64,000 nt of DNA from Lingula anatina. Taxonomy: Eukaryota; Animalia; Brachiopoda. This document shows positions 26,038 to 37,900 of this stretch, one piece after another (position 1 is the stretch's first letter; the number at the start of each line of letters is the position of its first letter). Both the position numbers and the translations under genes were made by a program. The stretch is taken from contig CM120640.1 in the NCBI GenBank assembly GCA_051362555.1, positions 29,283,967 to 29,347,966 on the forward strand, written 5' to 3'. The notes beneath the pieces were generated by a model. It ran no database searches. It was not told where the DNA came from and saw only the letters and a program-made list of their open reading frames with translations.

Positions 26038-29000
26038 ATGGAAGGGAAAGAGTCGGTATCACAAAACTCGGCAAATGGCCCCATCATGTTTGCTATTCCA
26101 CGGACATGGCATCCACATATTTATGATAAAGCTCCAAGAGTTCCCACGCGGCATTTAATAGCAGACATTTTGGGTTTTCGAGAAGAATATGGAACAGCAC
26201 CATCGTCATTATCATCATCATCATCATCATCATCATCAACACTGAGGGCCGGTACCGTATCCATGGGCGGCATGAACATCGATGATGACAATGATGAGTT
26301 AACCAGCACCAAATGTTTGCCGAATGCAGGGGAATCAGGTGTTCCCTTTGACACTACCTGCTCAGAATCAGACGTCTCGGAAATCTCAGCGCCCTCCTCG
26401 TCATTGTCCAAGGCAATGTCCTTGTCTGGGAGCGTCGATGGGGGTGACAGCGACGGTCCCGTGGACTTGTCGGCGTCGTCAAGCAAGCGTAAACGAGGTA
26501 AGATATTCTTAATAGAGTTTCATGATTTTGAAATTGAAAGCATGGCTATTATTTATTGCTCGCATAACCAAACGCTTGTTACGTATAGGCTGGAAAGTCG
26601 AGTCAAATAAATGAGAAAAAATACATAATTCAATCCATCAATTTATCTCTGTAGTAAGAGTAAAATATGAAGATAACGATATAGGAAAAGAGAAAACGTG
26701 GAAGAATGACGGGGGTTAGTGACCTAAACGCTTCTGGTGACGGCAATGATCAGAAAATGAAAAATAAATTATTTCCAGAAAATTGAATTGTACAGAAGAT
26801 GACAGAGACAATAGAGTCGCTGTCTAAAAAATGACAAAATTGCCACAGTTCCATTGCTGGCCTAACCTATTTGAGGAGAGAAACTGAGATTAGTTAGATT
26901 CTATTTCCAACTGTCAGTTTTAGTTTGTACATCATCCTAGTATAGATTATTGCGGTCGATAGGTCGAAATAAAGAAAACTGCCAGAAAACGCAAGAAGAA
27001 TGAAGAAGAAGGTAGTGGCAATCAGTAATAAAAGCTTCATCTTTGCCCAGGGGAAAAATAATAGGTTTTATTAATCAATAAACAGAACGCCTCTGCGTTT
27101 GACGCTGTGTGGAAAATGGAAAAGCAATGATGAAAACTTCTTTGTCTCAGCTGCTTGAGTCCCCTTCAATCTACCTCTTAGCAGCCGCACCATCAGCGAC
27201 TCGTTATTCATTTTGAGCACAAAACCTTCATCGGAATCGATGATCTAATAACTTAATATATACACTATCAATTAAGCAAGCCGTAAATGAGCCCATTAAT
27301 AGCGAGTTTAATGGAGTCTCTGGGGCGCATAGTAGCGATATCAATAAGTCGTCGTGCAGTAGCAAAAGCATTGATCGTACAGTAAGATTGATGGCTTGTG
27401 GCACTCTAGAGCTGGAAACTTGTATTAAGATTTACAAAGATATCGATATGCTGGCTTTTATCATTACCGATATTAATTCATAGAGGAAATGTGATTGTTA
27501 ACAGGCAAAGAAGGCAGCCGTTATGCGTGCAAAATTACACCAACGCTATTAATGGAATGGTGCATCAGGCAACTATTAAGCCTCGTAGATAAGTAGAATG
27601 GCTAAGCCAGCAACACAGTCGCTTAGTTAATTGCTTTGTGATTACGGCAGGAAAGCGGTATGCGACTAAGCGTTGGGCGCTGCGTATTAACAAATTACAT
27701 GCATCAGCAATGCACGCTTGTCCCTGCTAAAATCCAATTAATCCCCCCTCGAAGCCTGTAAGGGATTGCGATTCGAAGAGAAAAATCGACATGGGATTAT
27801 AAAGCTTATTAATACTCCAGCGTGTTACACTGCTAGAATATTCTATAAAATAACGTGCAATATCTACTAGTATAACCGGTGCAGAAGGGTATAGTTATGA
27901 AAGACAAGTTGTAATACAAATGAATGCACTGGTCCCAAGCCCAAAAAAAAAATACGTAAGGTCATCTCTCCGTGTCTGCTAGTTTCTAGTTTTTTTCACG
28001 TTGGAAAGTTCACAAAACTGCTGAAAAACCACACACGATGGAAGAAACACGTAGGATTAGGTTAGAGAAAATAATTAAGCTGGAATCTTCTCCCTCCTGC
28101 AGTTTCAACAAGGCCGTTGAATGTCATCATGCTGCAAGATATTGGACGATCTTTATGGCTTCTTTACTTCATTCCCGGGATTATTGCGAGGAACGTTTTT
28201 ACACACTTGTAGGACCTTAGGAAAACCGCGCAGACATATCGATTTGAGTCGTTTCAATAACAGATAGCTCACGATGCAGTTAGAGCTTTTACTGTTATCC
28301 GGGAAGAGTGCTTAATAGTGCCTGAAATTGTCGTATTAACGGGCTGCCTAGAGTGCAATCGCCCTACTGCATGTTAATCAAACCACTTACACGAAAATCC
28401 ACAGGCACGACTCTTTATTTGCTTCAGAGAATATATCATTAGCAACGTTGTTCCACTTTCTCACTTCAATCTGAAACATAATGAATTTTAAATATCTGTT
28501 AAAAAGGGTGTTGTTATAGTAGAAATTTACTATAGATGGTGTTAATTACTTCTCTTTATCTTAATTTTGGAAAAATAATTTTTCATGTTGGTAGTTTTGT
28601 TATTCAACCTTTGGAAAAATTTTAATCATGCTATTATTTTTTATTATTGGCATATACATTTTGTTCATCATTTCATTTATATATTTAAAAAATTATGTAC
28701 AGAAACCTTAGCTTTCAGATTGATTTTTTTCCCACTTTAGTTTTAATACTAAAATGCTAGGGTTTATATTTTAAGAAGCGTCTAATTTACGGTTGAGATT
28801 AATTAAGTAAGCGACGACCTCTTTTAATCTACAGATGTCCAAAGGAAAACAACCGTCGATTCGTGCTCTACTATCGACCATGGGATGAAACGGAAAATAG
28901 TTAATGAAGACAAATCTGAAGAGGAAAAAGATGACAAAGGAGACAAATCGAAAAAGAAGAAAGCGCGCACAACGTTCACTGGCAGACAGATCTTCGAACT

Positions 29001-31134
29001 AGAAAAAAAATTTGAACAAAAGAAATATTTGTCCTCTACTGAAAGAACGGAAATGTCGGCACTGTTGAACGTTACTGAAACACAGGTAAGCAAATTTTTA
29101 TGAAGGAGTGAAATGATATGGTAAGACGAAAAAATGTTTGGAAAACTGAAATACACGCAGTATCTATATACACAAATACATAGATGTCAAAATATTCGTT
29201 TCCATTTAGGGCGAAAGAGACTTCATTCCAATAAAGCACAGTAAAGGATTCGAGCAATGCTTTCATTACCGAGAGAGTTAATAGCCAATGCAGTCACATT
29301 TGCATAATTGACGAGTAAAACTGCGTTGAAAATAGAGGCAATAAAAACGTGTATATTATACAAGCTGTAAAGCCATCTGCAATGACTCATTATGGTGAAT
29401 CAGTGGATGGACGGATGAGATCGATAACATCTGGAGAATTGTCCTGAGGTGCTAAGAAAAAGATAAAAATGTTGCTCATCAAGCTTATCTCTTACGGTCA
29501 GGTAGTTCTTTAATGAAAAAGAAAAGTGATATTTAGTGAAACCTAGCCATGGCCACTTGGCATATGATTGATGGCTGACGGTCTGGTAGAAACGGATGAT
29601 CAGATCAGTGGAATAATTACCATCAAATGTGTTCCGTTAAGTAGCAGGGATTATGGGGGAAAACGTTTAAATAGGGGAATCGATCAGGGTGATTGTTTAT
29701 AGACAGTTAATAGATATTTAGATAAACGAGAGGAGTTGTGTTAGTGGAAATTTCTGAGATTTTCAAATGGAGTTAACTGTTTTAACAAATAACGTCCTTT
29801 TAAGAGCTATATTTAACGAAGTGTGATATTGAAATTAAGGTTAAGGGTTTCTAAATTTTATTCTCATTAACGAAATATTATCGTTGTATTTATGCTTTTC
29901 TTTCTGTTATAACTAATGTCAGTTTATGAATTAAGTACTAGTACACTGTATATTCCCACATGACGTGGATAATTGATCTGACAAAAACGTGATAACATAT
30001 GCTGTTATAGCTTTAAATTATTTTGGTTGCAGTCATTCAGAATATAATTCCCCGTCCTTCCCATAAAAAAGTGGGTGAGAAAAGTGAAACCACCCAGCTT
30101 GTATCAAAACGTGTGAACAGGTTTGTGCTAATTAAGATCCACGAGGCAGTGAAAAGTTAAACAGTCATAAAACACTTCTGAGTGAAAAGCAAGCTGGGGA
30201 GGTCTCCAGTTTTTAGCCACACATGATAATTGCTGAAAAATGATATGCGCTTAAACTTTGAACAGACCATTAAATGGGGCTCGTTACATCGATTCTAGTG
30301 TCGTGGTGATTGTTCATTGAATCAAATACCCATTAGAACACACTGAAAAGGATGGAAAAGTTAAATTTGCCCAAAAAGATCAAATGAAAGTTGTTAGACG
30401 GTAACATACAGTGTGGAACGAAAGATTAGATCGCCCTTTCAACATCATTAGACGTGTGTTCATCATAAACCACAGGGACTCAAGAGAAACATACAATGTA
30501 AAAAATTCATAAAATAGCATCGACAACATTGATAAAGTTTAGCCTTAAAAGACACTTTAACACTTAATATTGAATGTTAAAGCGTGCCGAAAATAGATAA
30601 TTCCATCCTTTATTCCATTTGCAGGTGAAAATATGGTTCCAGAACCGTCGCACCAAATGGAAGAAAGTAGAAAATCTGTCTGGGAATCAGGCCGCAGAAA
30701 TAAAACGTCAAGAGGCAAACGTGGACCAGAAGAAACAAAGAGAGGAAAGAACACCAAAAAGAAATGAAAAAGAAACTATTCTTTCAAGTGGTTCGAGTGA
30801 GTATGAGGAGAGAGGTCTGCTTTCCACTAATAGTAAAGACGGCGTGAAAAAAGAGACAGTAAGTCAAGTAAGAAACTCTGCAGGGACAGATAAGGAAACT
30901 TTAGACGAGGAGAGCACAGGGACACAGCAGGGGTGTGAAGGAAATGTAAAAGAAAACTTTAGTCATACAAAACTATCGAAAAATAGTGACATGATAAATG
31001 AGACCATGACAGAAAATCCACCGCCTGCCGAAAAAATAATAGACTCTGAAACACATTCTGAAAATGGAGATTGTGAACAGAGATTGATTCCACTGGAAAA
31101 ACGTGAATGTGAGGGCGAAGATCGCCTACGTTAA
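26038..31134 (+). CDS. NK7: NK7 homeobox transcription factor, 3 exons (26038-26497, 28835-29085, 30625-31134), 406 aa
   Basis: GT-AG introns join in frame (460+251+510 = 1221 nt). Homeodomain [44 protein letters not shown]|[14 protein letters not shown] is the NK7 type, with the classic intron before VKIWFQN. N-terminal WHPHIY...[11 protein letters not shown] eh1/TN-like motif and a (TCA)n poly-Ser tract are present. Confidence 0.9.
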
Positions 31135-32086
31135 TGACTGTTTGTTTTTACAAAAACTTGTTTATTTTTTTGTTCTAAAACACAGAACTGTCAGTTTGGT
31201 TGGTTCAAAATGACGCTAGAGATTTCTTTATTTTCTCTCTAATAACTTCTGTCTTCTCACAACATTTAACGCTAGCATTTGATGAATGTACATTTGATCA
31301 CTGTGACTAATCACTGGTCTTCAGTATTAATCATTAGAATCCTCCACGGGGAAACGACCTATCTTTGCTACTAAAGAAAGACAAGTAATGATTAGTAGTT
31401 AAGCGGTCCTGGTACAAGTACCGTTACTAATAAATGTGCTTTTTAGCTTCTTTAGCTGGCTCACTGTCTATTTACGATTGATCTTTGGTTACCTCGAAAG
31501 CTATATGAACTTAAGTACTAGAATTATTTGTCTGCAGTTCATGATCAAAGTCAGGAAACACGTATACTTGCAGCACTAATCGATATGCCCTTCTCCTTAG
31601 TTAATGGGACTTGTAACAGGTAAAGCGTATTAAATTGAATTTGACAGAATTTTTTTCTCTGTGCGGAAAAATACATTCTCATCATCTCTGTCACGCGAGT
31701 GCACCAACGCAACAAGCATTTTTACATTTCTGCTGCTTTTTGCCTGCGTTTGCATCAAACCACAATCAACAGATCAGTTTTCCATTTATCAAGAAAGGAA
31801 ATATTATAAGGAATGCAATTCTGCGGCACAAACCAATTGTTTCTGTGTAGCATGTTAGATACAGTTTACCGACGTATACTACACATGACATTCCTTATGA
31901 GACTTGCTTCATATTCGTTAGCTGATGCTGCTGAAGGTTTGTAAATTTTACAATTTGGCACAGTTATTTTTCCTTATTATTCAACAACCTGCCGTCATGA
32001 AAACGGATTTTACTCGTCTAAAATTGATTGTTGTTACTGTACAATTTCAACCCAGCCGTCTCAACTAACACAGCTGCCTGGCGTTT

Positions 32087-33693
32087 CCCAGTCAAACATT
32101 GTCCTCGGTAATTACGATGACGTCTGTTACTCTGGAATGGAAAACTTGCGCGTACGGTCTCTAAGTCGTTTTCAAAAAATACTAGCGCGTAAAAAAAGTT
32201 TTCCAAAATGTATGGATGTAAAAACCACGCAAGACCGATACTAAGACGTTTTCAAGATGTTAAACGTTTAGATTTCAGAAATAAGGCGTCTGTAGTTGCG
32301 ATTTGGAAGGTAGATAAACGGTGTATCAACCAAACAGCTTGATCTGACAATTTTTCCAAAAGTTATGCCATTTTTTTTGCTTTTTTTCAGAATATCCACC
32401 GTTATACAAATAAAATGAAAACTTTTTCCTTTTGTTTTCAAATTTTCAGAACTGATGAATATTCATAAAATACAGGTGGAGTTTGAAAATCACCTTGATC
32501 GGACAATTTTTCCCATTGTCTTGCTGTTTTTTTAAACTTTTTTTCAACATTTTCTATCCACCGCTATACAAATAACATGAAATTCTTGCCGTTTTTGATT
32601 TAAAACTTGCAGGACTGGTGTACAAGTCAAGGTGGAAAATGATCTTGATCAGTTAAGTTTTGATGAAGTTATGCTTATATATATAAGTGGTTTTTCCCCA
32701 GATTTAATTCTTAGGCAATCTTATAACAGTCTCATTATTGAACTAATTACGTGTAAAAGTGTTCTTTTGAATCTTAAGAATTTTGTTAGTTGACTATATA
32801 AAATTGATGGTTAATCTGTAATCGTGTTTTGTGTAATTAAGAGTCAAAAATGGAAATAAACTCATATCAGTGCAGTTTGTCCATTTCAGTCCTTCACTTT
32901 GTTCAGAATCTCAATATGAAACAAATTGGACATATAAAATTGCTCTATTAATATTTTTTCCATCTCAACAATTTTGTTAGTTGATCATATGAAAATGATA
33001 GTATGTTGATTATTTCGTATTATGTAAAAAAAGTGCTGAAAATGAACATTTTTCCTGTTTATGTCTCTACATTTGACAGCTTTGCTGTGTTGTTTCTGTG
33101 GTGAACATTTTTCCAATTCGAGCAGATTTCACTCTCTGATCATGAACTGCTGTCAACTAAACACAACTATAAGCACTACAATTATTTGTCAAGGGATTCT
33201 CTTTGAAAGGCTTAGTTCTGAGTTTAACTCAGTCTTTGTTTGATGGAACATCGTTATTATTGATTATCGCAGTTCATTGAGGATATCTGTGTGTTTTGTT
33301 GTGAATGTTTAACACAAACACATCAAAACATTGTAACTGTTGCAAGAACAATTGTAAGTACAGATTACCGCTTTCCGATCTCAATCTGTATTTTAGTCCT
33401 TCAACCGTTGTAGTTCTTAGATACATACACGTATGTTTGAAACACGTTCGGAATGGTGCAAGTAATAATATTTATTATCGGATCAGGTTTTTAAAAAATG
33501 ATTCCTTACATCTGTTGGATATATACTGGAACAATGTAATCAAGACGCCTCGGCACGCCCAGAGGACGACGCGGCGGAGTTCCACCCGTGCCCTCATTGC
33601 ACGTTACAGGTATTTAGTAAGTATTTAAGAAATCCGTAAAATCTTAATACGAAGATGCCTCCAAGACGTCTTTATGACTGCACAATGACTGGG
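32087..33693. mobile_element. Non-autonomous EnSpm/CACTA-like element (CCC termini, TT TSD) containing a HINE-type fragment
   Basis: CCCAGTCA ... TGACTGGG termini with TT on both sides and AAGACGYY subterminal repeats near both ends (~32243, 33542, 33663). Segment 32330-33070 matches the repeat at 40070-40590. Confidence 0.55.
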
Positions 33694-33697
33694 TTTC

Positions 33698-34905
33698 TTA
33701 AATTGTTAAGCTGTCAGCTCGTGATATGAAAGTAATTTTCACTGGTCTGTCAGGAGTCATCAGCGTGTTGAGAACGGGCTCCACAGGCTCGTGGTGGTAT
33801 TCCAACTTGAAAGTTTTCACAATCTTAAAACAGAAAACAAAAAGCGAATTATCAAAGATAATATGATCAATATTATTTTGTTAATTTAATGCAATGACTT
33901 TATAGTCAAAGAATGTGAATCTTACATGTCAGTGAGCCAGAGAGGAAAGAGCCAAAGAGTAAAATAAATAGTTTAGAATGGAAAGTTATGGAAAAAGAGA
34001 ATCTGTATGATACATCATGATATTGAAATGTGACATGAGAAGATCAACGGTATAATTTAATGATTGTAAGATAAAGAATGTGCCAATAAACCTTTTGTAC
34101 ACCAAAAGAGTGTATGGTTTTTCCTGCCTGCTGCTACACGGTAAATTTACATTACCATATTAATGTATAAGCCATGTACGTGACATCGTTTACTTTTGAT
34201 GAAAAGACTTAATGAAAAAAATGAATTTCAACACTTGTCGTACCTGGCTTTACCAAAAAATGATAATAAATAAATAAATAAATAAATAAATAAATAGAAT
34301 TATTCCATGACAAAGTAATAGTAGATTTGAGTACTGCAGGTGTTACCTTGGTGAGCACGATGTAGATTTCTTGCTCTGCCAGTCGTCTTCCGATGCACAT
34401 ACGGGAACCGTGACCAAATTGCAGACTTGGGATTGCCATGACAACCGGATCACGTGGTACAGCACGAAGCCAGCGTTCTGGTCTGTATTCCTCTGGATCT
34501 TTAAAGATTTTGGCATCCCGTCCCATGGGATATAGACTGGCTTGAACATGGGCCTAAAAAGAAAATTAAATTGCAAATCCGTCAGATGTGTTTTGAAATG
34601 AATAAAACAGATAATAGAGAGAGGTTTCACTACAAATATGACAAAATGAAAATAAAATTAAACATACCCCCTTAGGAATAAGATAACCAGCCACTTCTAC
34701 ATCTTTTGGTAAAAATCTGCTTGTGGCAAAGGTGATGGGAAATAGCCTGTCAAAGCAAAAATCAACATTTGTGTAAAATAATAATGAATATGACAATTTA
34801 GGTTAACAATTTCATTGCTCATTTCAATTTCTACATTGCATGTAAGATTCAGAGATAATAAGCCCATGAAAAAAAAACAAAATTCAGCTAATTAGAATAT
34901 CAAAT

Positions 34906-34944
<39 letters not shown>

Positions 34945-37900
34945 AAACTCAAACCCCATGGATATCTTTGTAACTATCTAGGGTCTTACTACTGGTAATA
35001 AACATCAGAATAACAACATTCATGCAGGACTCTTTATGTGGAAAGATCCTCAGGGTCATCCCCACCCCTGGTCGCAATATAAAACCCATCCATCTATAAA
35101 TCCCCAAGTTGAAGGTTCCTCACTCTTTTTGTAGACAGCAAAATTACAAACGCATGGACGGAAAGACGGACGCACATAATTCCCGACTTCAGTTACGAAA
35201 GTGCGGGGATAAATATATTTGATAAACGTGACATAAATTATGCTTCTGAAAACGAAAACCGCGACCAGGCGCCAAAGTAACCCCATTTCCATCCAACATC
35301 TATCTGTAGAGTTCCTCAAACAGTTTCAGTTTAAGAAAATGATTGTAAAATGTACTGAGGTTGCAATATGCTGCTCTACATCGGTTAATGTACAATGTAA
35401 CTTGTTAGCCTTAGTGTTGTACTGCAGCACTAGTGCGCTGCCTTCTTGTGTCATATATGTAAGAAAAAAAACAATAATTGGAAAACAACAACTGACCTAT
35501 AAGCCGCTATTCAATGTCGTACAAAAACCCTCCAACGACACGCTTTCATTTTGTAGTATTAGGATTTTTTACTTTCAATAAACGTGCTTTTTTTCTACCT
35601 GAACGTTTCTTTAACGCAAGCCTTCAAGTAGGGCAGTTGTTGAAGTGTCTCGGCACCTATCTCCTCGCTGCCAGGAAGGACGTCACTCAACTCTTGGTAT
35701 AGCTTTTCTTGGACAAGAGGGTTACATGCCAAGCAGTAGAGTGCAAATATGGTCGAGTTGGACACCGTTTCCACAGCAGCGTTCAGGAGATCAATCACAT
35801 GAGCATTTGCTTCCGCTGGTGTTAAGGACGCCTGAGACAGGAGGTAGGTCAGTAATGCAGATTGGTGTGGCGTTTCTTGACGATCTGTTTCATCCCCAGC
35901 ATGATCCTTCATGTCTTTTATTTTCTATAAATATTGTAAATATGGAGAATAGGTTTCAAACTAACTACACAAAATAACACCATGGAAACTTCTCAAGTTT
36001 ACAAAAGTCGATTCATTTGCTCAAATCGGCCTACTCTAGCAAAAATGATAAGTGTCACCCCTACCGCAATTATGTGAATTGCTACAAGAGTACCCATACT
36101 GTAAATTTTACTGTTAAATAACAACTAGGCACCCGATCATCGTGTAAATAAGGGACGTGAGTAGTAGAAAAATGGTCTACCTAACGTAACCACAGCCAAT
36201 TATTTCTTATTATACAGCTCCTAAGGAATACATGACTTTAATTGTCTGACTCGCCTCCTCAAGCAGCTAGAGGTTAATTAACTATCGCGTGCTGATTAAG
36301 CTGATTCCACTGCTTGCAATTTAACGAGAATCCGACCCAGCTAGTACGATGTGTGAATCTGAATGCGCTCTTAGTCCAATATTATGACATTTTACAGTCA
36401 TGTAGGGCGTATTCCCATAGATTTTAGATCGATCTATCCCCGTGGGGAGTCTCACTAGATTGCTGTCAAATAATCCGGCTTTAATGTCCGTCCTGCCTTC
36501 TACAAGCTGTAAGGGGGTAATTTACTTTCGTGCCCGCTCGGCTGACAGCTATTTAGCGTGAACCCCCACGGAGTTAGGTCGATATAGTTTGGATCGATCT
36601 AATCTCTGGGAATGGGGTCTTAGTGTCTGGTTTATAAAAAAGATACTTACCATATTCACAAATTGTTGTCCGAGCTCTAGGACTTTGTCGGAGAAGTGTT
36701 CAAACTGCCTCCAAAGTTTGGTGGGATAGACTTTATATATAGGCAGGTTAAACAGCAAAGGTTGCATTGTCTTGAACGCGCCTTGGAGGTTTTTCAAAAA
36801 GTCTAAAGCATCTTTCGGTGGAGACGTACTAAGACATCCGATGCGCCTTTCGAAAAGAACCGTGCCAATAGCTAAAAATAAATTAAGAAATTCGTTAAAG
36901 ATTAAAACTGATATTAAAAGCGTACAGTGTAGGATTTCCCCGTGGGAAACTCATACTGAACGCATTTTCTTGGAGTATACGGCATTTTCTCCCACTAACC
37001 AATCTTTGATCCTGGCACTCTCCTAACAATCTGAGAGATTAAAAGCGTTGATTAATAAAATTCCACCATTACTTCGGGCTCAATTCTCTTACTGACTTCC
37101 CGATTCAGCGACGGGTTAACGGGTGGAGAGGTTTGTCAGGTATAGGTAAATTTGAATATTTTTGTGTTATTAATTCATGTCATTTATTTGTATAAATATG
37201 GTCGAAAAGTATTATTTGTCCTCAGAAAAATATCTACGTGTGTTTAAAATCCTACACTATGTTACGTACAGTGAAGTACTGAAAGGAAGAAAGAGTGTAA
37301 CATACACTCAAGTGCCCATTTAAATATCTCGTGCTCAAGGTTCTCTACTTCTCCGGTCTCCTTGTCCTTCACCCTGTTTAAATGTTCAGCAAAATCTTGT
37401 GCCACCATGCTCATATCCTGACAATAGGCCAGTACTTCCCTCGGCGGCAGTATCTTCTTACTCATTATGGTGCGCATCTGGTGCCACTCCTCCCCTTGCC
37501 TGGAAAGTATATATATATATGTGTGCTATATTGACGTTATGGAAAAAATCTGAACAAAAGCTTAAACTTTTAGGATTTTCAATTGCAAAACAAAGACAAA
37601 TGCGAACTTTGGTTATAGTCATTACAATAAAGGTATAAGAATTTTGAAGAAATATGCAAAATGAATGTAAATACAATATAAAAAGGTTATGTGTATCTAT
37701 AGTTAAGTCTTTACGAGTTAACGAGTCCAAGTGAAATGCCTTTCTTCTTCCTGTAATGCGCTGCAGGCAGGAGTTCTATACGTTGAGGGCGTTTACCATC
37801 AACACGGATGACTTTTTGATATTCCCAAGGGTCTGTGATGATGACGTTTTCGTTCGTGGCGATCTTCTCTCTGAAAATTGGGCCGTACATCTGGGCTCGT

